The notes beneath the pieces were generated by a model. The model ran no database searches. It worked only from the letters and a program-made list of their open reading frames with translations, and was not told the DNA's origin. From Zygnema circumcarinatum SAG 698-1b (Eukaryota; Plantae; Zygnematophyceae): a DNA stretch of 64,000 nt. Location: contig CM074807.1 of assembly GCA_037447605.1 (NCBI GenBank), positions 3,546,829-3,610,828 on the forward strand. Reading direction: 5' to 3'. Shown one piece after another: positions 58,662 to 64,000 of this stretch. A program made the position numbers and the translations under genes. How positions within the stretch are numbered: the stretch's first letter is position 1; every line of letters starts with the position of its first letter.

Positions 58662-59427
58662 TGTACATACCTTATGTTCATAATTTTTTTGGTAGCAGCA
58701 AATAAGATGGTAGCGAGAGCGGGTAGGAGAGGGAGAAGCAATGCGAAGGGGGGTTGAGGAGAAAGAATAAAGATAAAACGAAGAAAAGTAGGCAGATTCG
58801 ACGAGCAAGGAGAAAGAAAGTTTGGCATTGAAAATTCCCTTGAAACGCTTTTGGTTCGTCTGGAATCTTTTCCATTAGCGCATTTTGTAGGTCTCAGACA
58901 CCCTTCATTGAATTTTTTTCTCTGTACAGTACGTGACTAGGAAGATTTTAGAGAGATTTTTTTCTTTTTTTTTTCCTCGGCTCCCTCTAATTAGCCTTGG
59001 CGTTCACGCACACGGGGAAACAACCACGCGTGTGCCGCCATTGTAAAGCTGACTCAATTGAGAATTTGAGCATTTTTTGGGGGACATTTGTGTTCAGGTT
59101 CAAACTAATTCACTTCTGTACAGTGAATATGAGGCCTTGGGTTTGAGACTTTGGACTTTGTCTTCTGTCGATTCAAATTGTCAATATGTTCACTTACACG
59201 GATCGAGTACTGTTCGTACCATAACTAAATAGAGATGGACGAAGGACTCGATGTAGAACCTCACAAGGGGACATCACCTTATCGGCGGCTGCTTTGCAAC
59301 TCGGAAACTAAAAATTCAAAAATTTAAAAATTCAAAAGGCGACAAGTTTAACAACGCTTGTGAAGCTTGAAAAGTATAAAACGGTTCCGAACTCGGGAAC
59401 AGATCAAAGAATTGTAAAATTTCAATA

Positions 59428-62400
59428 TCAGTCAGCAAACCACACGAGGCCGTGCGTCTTCCGAGCAGATGCCGCCAGCTCTGCCACACTCGGGTCCAAA
59501 ACAAGGCGGGGGGGGGATGCCCCATTTTCCCACACGAACCGGCACACATTTTCAGTTTTGTCTGCCAGTCCTCGAAAATGGTTCAGCCGCATTTCGTTTG
59601 CTGGAGCGTCCAGACCACCCTCGGTAGAATTAACCACCCTTCACATTCACAATTACATAACACAATCCCTATGTCAAGTAGTGGGGTGATGCTGTGAAGT
59701 ACAGACAATATGATCAAGTGGGTCCGTCGTGGAATTGAGGATTAAGAGCACATAACCAACGCTTCAACAGATACTCCTCCTTTCTTAATCTGGGTCGGAA
59801 GAGCAAAAACTATTGTTCAGGGGGTCTCTCGAAGGATTGGCAGTTTACCTGTATATTTGAACAGCGTCAACCTCTCGAGGCTTTGCAATGTACTTGCGAT
59901 GTCCCGCCCATTCCAAGCAAACATGGCGGTTTCGAAACCTGCCCACGTTCTTACAGTGAACTTCTGCTTCATGGAAGATAAGCCTCTCCACAGCCCACCT
60001 CGGATCACTGTGCAAACCAGCAATGAAAGCCTCACAAATCACATGGGGGAAATGGACTAAATGTCATGAAACTGCTCGCCAAACATCACTCTTTGCAAAA
60101 GTGCAAGTGCTAACACGTATCTCGAAAAAATTCACCATAACGACCAAAACAAGAGTCGATACGCTGTAATCTTCCGTTTTAATCCTGCATCACTTCACTT
60201 GATGCAAGGCAGAACAGTAGCAAAGGAAGCACATGAGCTATAAATGGCCATGAAGCCTTTACCTGGCTGTATAAGGAACAGAGCAGTGAGTTATGGAATA
60301 GAAGATGCTGCCGAAACTGATCCATGGATGCTCTGCATGGCCAGAGAGGTAGACTGGAAGAGAAGCTGCCGCTCGAGAGTGAGGGAATGAAAGGTACTCA
60401 TCAAAGTCGAGAAAGAGGGCCCATTGAGAGCTGAATTTAGTGCGGTAGAGGCAGTCGTTGGCAAGCAGCACCTGCACCGACCTGAGGCAAGCGGCCATCA
60501 GGAGGGAAATCTGACAGGGAGTCAGCATGTGCTGAATTTGAAGGAGAGAGAGTAGGAAAGAAGGAGACTTCACATGAGGAAGAGGGGAGAGAGACAAGGG
60601 GACGCAGAAAGTGTAAGCACAACATAAAAACTAACTCCACACAAGAACCCACTGTTTCTTGTTATCTTGAACGTGTTCTTCAGCAGCTTGACTTGGGCAG
60701 AGGGATGCAGAGATAGCTGGAAGGAAATATTGAAGGAACAGACCTGCGCATGTTGCCACGTGTCATACATGGCAGTCTGCCTCACGTTTGACACCTCCAA
60801 AATTCCACGTTTAACAAATGGATCAAGCACTTCACGCATATCTCCATCGATGCCTCCAGCATCGTAAAATATGAAGGAATCAACTCCATGAACGAGTCGG
60901 TGAAACTCCATCCACTGCCTCAACCGTTCAGCATCGCGAGGCTCGTAGATAGGGGGAGAGCAATGAGTAATATTGTGCCTGTCACAACCATGTCTTCTCC
61001 TTTCTTAAAGCTGGGCAGAGATTCAACCAGAAACATCATAATCTTACATAGATAGCACCCTAGACAGAGAACCGCATATTCCATCTCCTCTCCCTGCAGA
61101 GTGCAAGGTAGGGACTTTCTGAAGTCTCACCTGAATGGACCCCCAATGTCACGGTGCTTATCCTCCCTCTCAGTGTATACTACTACTTGGGTTTTGTCAA
61201 TGTCCATCTGAAGCTGCCCTCCCAAGTGGGCACCCACGTTCGAGTCCAGTTTACAAGAAAGAATGAGCGTTTCATAACGCAGGCCATGAGCATCGCCTGG
61301 ATAGTTTAGGGTTACGGTTCCGTTCACTGCCTTTCCATCGTTTCCTTGCCATCTGCAAAAGCAGCACTGGCAACTAAGAGGGGAGTCTTTTTGTTGAACA
61401 AAATCAAGCTAAATAACCTAAAAGCGATGCGTCCAGGAACCTCTCCACTTGAACACGTTGTGAGACACCGACCCACCTCTTCTATCCATTCATCTGCTTT
61501 CATCAACTATCAATTCACGCCTGGGAGGCCATTCCTCTAAAATAAAGGCCATTCAGTCAATTACTGTCCATAGTACTCAGTTCCATTCAAAGACATCAGA
61601 CAACTCATGCTGCTTATGTCTCGCCACGAACACATTCAACTCCCCATATCACGTTTGAACTACAGGAGGCTTATCTCCCTCCCTCTATAGGATACTCGGG
61701 CCAAACACCCACCTGCAAACCGTGACATCCCTCGAGCTCCTCAAAGCCGCTGCAGCCAATCCGAGGGCAGCAAACGTGGAGGGTCCGGTGCGATATCCAC
61801 TCAAAAGCACAAAGCTTTGCAGGCCATGGCCTTTAAAAGGATGTCGGCGGTGAATCTTCACAGGGAGTCGCTCATAATCGTCAAGTAACACCGCTTCTAG
61901 CTCCTGTCAATCGTCCGAAACATCACTTTAGCTGCTCTACAAAACAGTGCCCATTTGCAGTAAATGGTTTGATTATCCCAATATGCCTTCCTTCATTGAC
62001 TCCTTGCATTGCCATTTCACCGATGCAAGGAACAAGTAACCATTCGATCCCCTGAGAGCAATTACCTTCATCTCGCCCTCCTCCCTCTTTCTATCCCTTC
62101 TCCTTGCTTCTCCTTTCGCCTTGCCTCACAATCTCTCTCTTCCCAATGCTCCTTCTCCCTCACCATTTTCAAGACCCTCTTCTCCCATGCCTCCTCACTC
62201 TTTCTGCCTCTCCTCTTCCCATTTTCCCTCTCTCAGGGGCGTGGACCATTGTGAATCCAACATCCCAACCAATGTGCACATCATGTCTCTGTAGCTTTCC
62301 GACCTCCTTGAATGCAAAAAGGACAAGAGAAAAACAAAGGGAGGGTGGGCATTCGGCTCTAACATTGTTTGCAAGGCGAAAGCTTTTCTTCTCACTCCAT

Positions 62401-62675
62401 GTAGAGAAGCTGGGCGCCGATTTCTCCTCCCGTTCTGCTTCCGTTTTCCGCCAAAATACGAACAATGCATTCGTAATTATAAGAGCAGCGACGACAAGGC
62501 GGCCCCAATCCCTATGAGTTCCTCCAAACCCCTTCTTCACCTCTTTCTCGACCGCTCGAGCCTTTGCAGAAGTGCCCACCTTCCATTGATCCTTGGCATC
62601 TCTATCCTGCGCCGCCTGCCATGACCGCCACATTGCGCCCTGCGGGCCCTCCACCCTAATCCTGAAGTCTCGCAC
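59428..62675 (-). CDS. Glycosyltransferase family 92 (DUF23), GALS-like type II Golgi protein
   Basis: Exons 62675-62304, 61903-61713, 61352-61131, 60979-60743, ~60472-60262, 60010-59848, 59638-59428. Motifs: N-terminal TM (RLVVAALIITNALFVFW), FVLLSGYRTGPSTFAALGL, CSPPIY, RLRQWMEFH, FIFYDAGG, QVLLANDCLYR, WALFLDFDEYL, GHRKY, RLNHFRG. Confidence 0.88.
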
Positions 62676-63568
62676 ATGAGCGTGCCAACTGAAACCCTAA
62701 AAAATCCGATTTTTTACGCCGTCATTCAGCCAGCCCTAAATCTCTACATTCTACCAGGAGAGAGGCCTCCCATTCTTCCCGGCATAAGTAAGAGACCTGA
62801 GCGAAGAAGTGGACCCATGTACCAACCCTAAAGCCGCTTGTTCTTTACTTCCAAGTCCCTATTCTCTCTCGTTTTGCGAGCCAACGGTTCCCTGTGCTTG
62901 TGGCGGGTGGCGGTGGACCTGTACGGACATGTCTCGCACGGTACAGTACTTTGTTAAACTTTACGGATGCAGATTTGTGGGTCTCTATGCTCGAACAGAT
63001 TTCATAATTTGTTACATTTGAATGGCTTTAGTGATTGACTTTGCTGCTCATGCTGCTGTGCACAGAGAGGACTGCGAGGAGGGAGCCTCTGCCAAGAGCA
63101 GCTGCAATGATAGGCGGCTTCTCGTGGGCATACATATGAAAGCTAGTGACGGTGAATGCAGACATCGCTAAGCTTTCTTCATTGCAGTTTGGTCGACAGA
63201 TTGGCCTGATACATTCACAGCCTCCAAGCCTGACACTGAGACAAGTAGGTGGCACTGCTAAACCGTAATTGGCTCAGATCTTAACAATTTACAATCTGCA
63301 TCCCACAAGAGGACGCACTGACTCTCCTGAGCATTCTAACAATATTATTCCCTTTATTAAATATAACAAAACGACACTCCTTCACTAAACCAAAGACTAG
63401 CTCCAATCATCATAAACTCTGAGAGGAAGATTACGCCGTCTTCAGAGAAGTAGCCGTTCCCACACCCTGATAAAACTCTTTGTAATAGCACAGAGTAACC
63501 CAGAGCTACCCTACCCCGCTGATAGCTGATTTGCGAGAAGCATCATATCCCTTGCAGAGCACTATTCC

Positions 63569-64000
63569 TCAATACCGTACTCTCCACCCACATGTGAACA
63601 GTTGAGGCTGATTGTCTCGCACAAGGAATACAGCTCCTTGCCGAACCTTCACGTTGAAATTTCCCTCGTAACGAGTGACTAACTGTTGCAGGTTATCGAC
63701 TATTCTATGGGATGGCGGTTCAACTGTGAACCCAGCATCCCACATTTGGCTGCACCATCCTTCCAGCAATTGGATCCTGTATACTCGTTGTAGTCCGTCA
63801 CAGCTGATTACATTTTGAAAGTGTAAAGCAACATACTGCTCCACAACCTGTCGGTTTAGATCGGCGCGAGAATAGGAAGGCTCCAAGGCTTCACAAAAGC
63901 TGTGGAAATTGTCCAGAGATTCCCTGAAGCGTAACAGGAAAAAAGGTCCGCTCACATTGCATTCATCCTCAGACATTACCAGCAATCGCGGTCTGAGCCT
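63569..64000 (-). CDS. GRAS family protein 3, C-terminal portion (gene continues beyond the window)
   Basis: RLRPRLLVMSEDECNVSGPFFLLRFRESLDNF, VISCDGLQRVYR, W...MWDAGF and terminal FTCGW correspond to the PFYRE and SAW regions. Confidence 0.85.
   Translation of the reverse strand, partial: RLRPRLLVMSEDECNVSGPFFLLRFRESLDNFHSFCEALEPSYSRADLNRQVVEQYVALHFQNVISCDGLQRVYRIQLLEGWCSQMWDAGFTVEPPSHRIVDNLQQLVTRYEGNFNVKVRQGAVFLVRDNQPQLFTCGWRVRY

Noticed and set aside
61382-61497. Apparent extra GT92 exon (DEWIEEVGRCLTT...)
   Set aside because: A phase-consistent join 61713/61352 restores VCRWQ...NGTV without it, so it is treated as intronic.

Overview
Gene-dense eukaryotic nuclear DNA from a streptophyte plant. 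The lineage is inferred, not proven: short GT-AG introns, GA/CT-rich introns, TTAGGG rather than TTTAGGG interstitial repeats and intron-containing GRAS genes suggest a non-seed plant or zygnematophycean alga. Thirteen spliced protein-coding genes were reconstructed by hand, with phase-consistent splice junctions. In order: a DGAT2-family acyltransferase (5' partial), a DUF1295 steroid-reductase-like protein, DPH7, peptidyl-tRNA hydrolase, GRAS-1, a ~2,880-aa Agenet/PHD/GNAT chromatin protein, an F-box/Kelch protein, mitoferrin, a DUF3598 plastid protein, GRAS-2, a membrane-anchored GH5/fascin glycosidase, a GT92 (GALS-like) glycosyltransferase and GRAS-3 (5' part outside the window). The best candidate for an undescribed system is the GRAS group. 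GRAS-1 and GRAS-2 share three phase-0 introns and an identically sized 159-nt exon, both have dense CCGTAC (SBP/SPL-type) motif clusters upstream, and GRAS-1 and GRAS-3 have degenerate signature motifs. Other notable items: a partial self-duplication directly after the GRAS-1 stop, a duplicated GC splice donor, two exact CCAAT-N9-CCACG (ERSE) elements in head-to-head promoters, several foldback elements and a dispersed CAACCATTG/CAATGGTTG repeat family. No tRNA, rRNA, CRISPR array or intact transposase was recognised. Three 10-N assembly gaps are present. All family assignments come from motif recognition; no database search was run.
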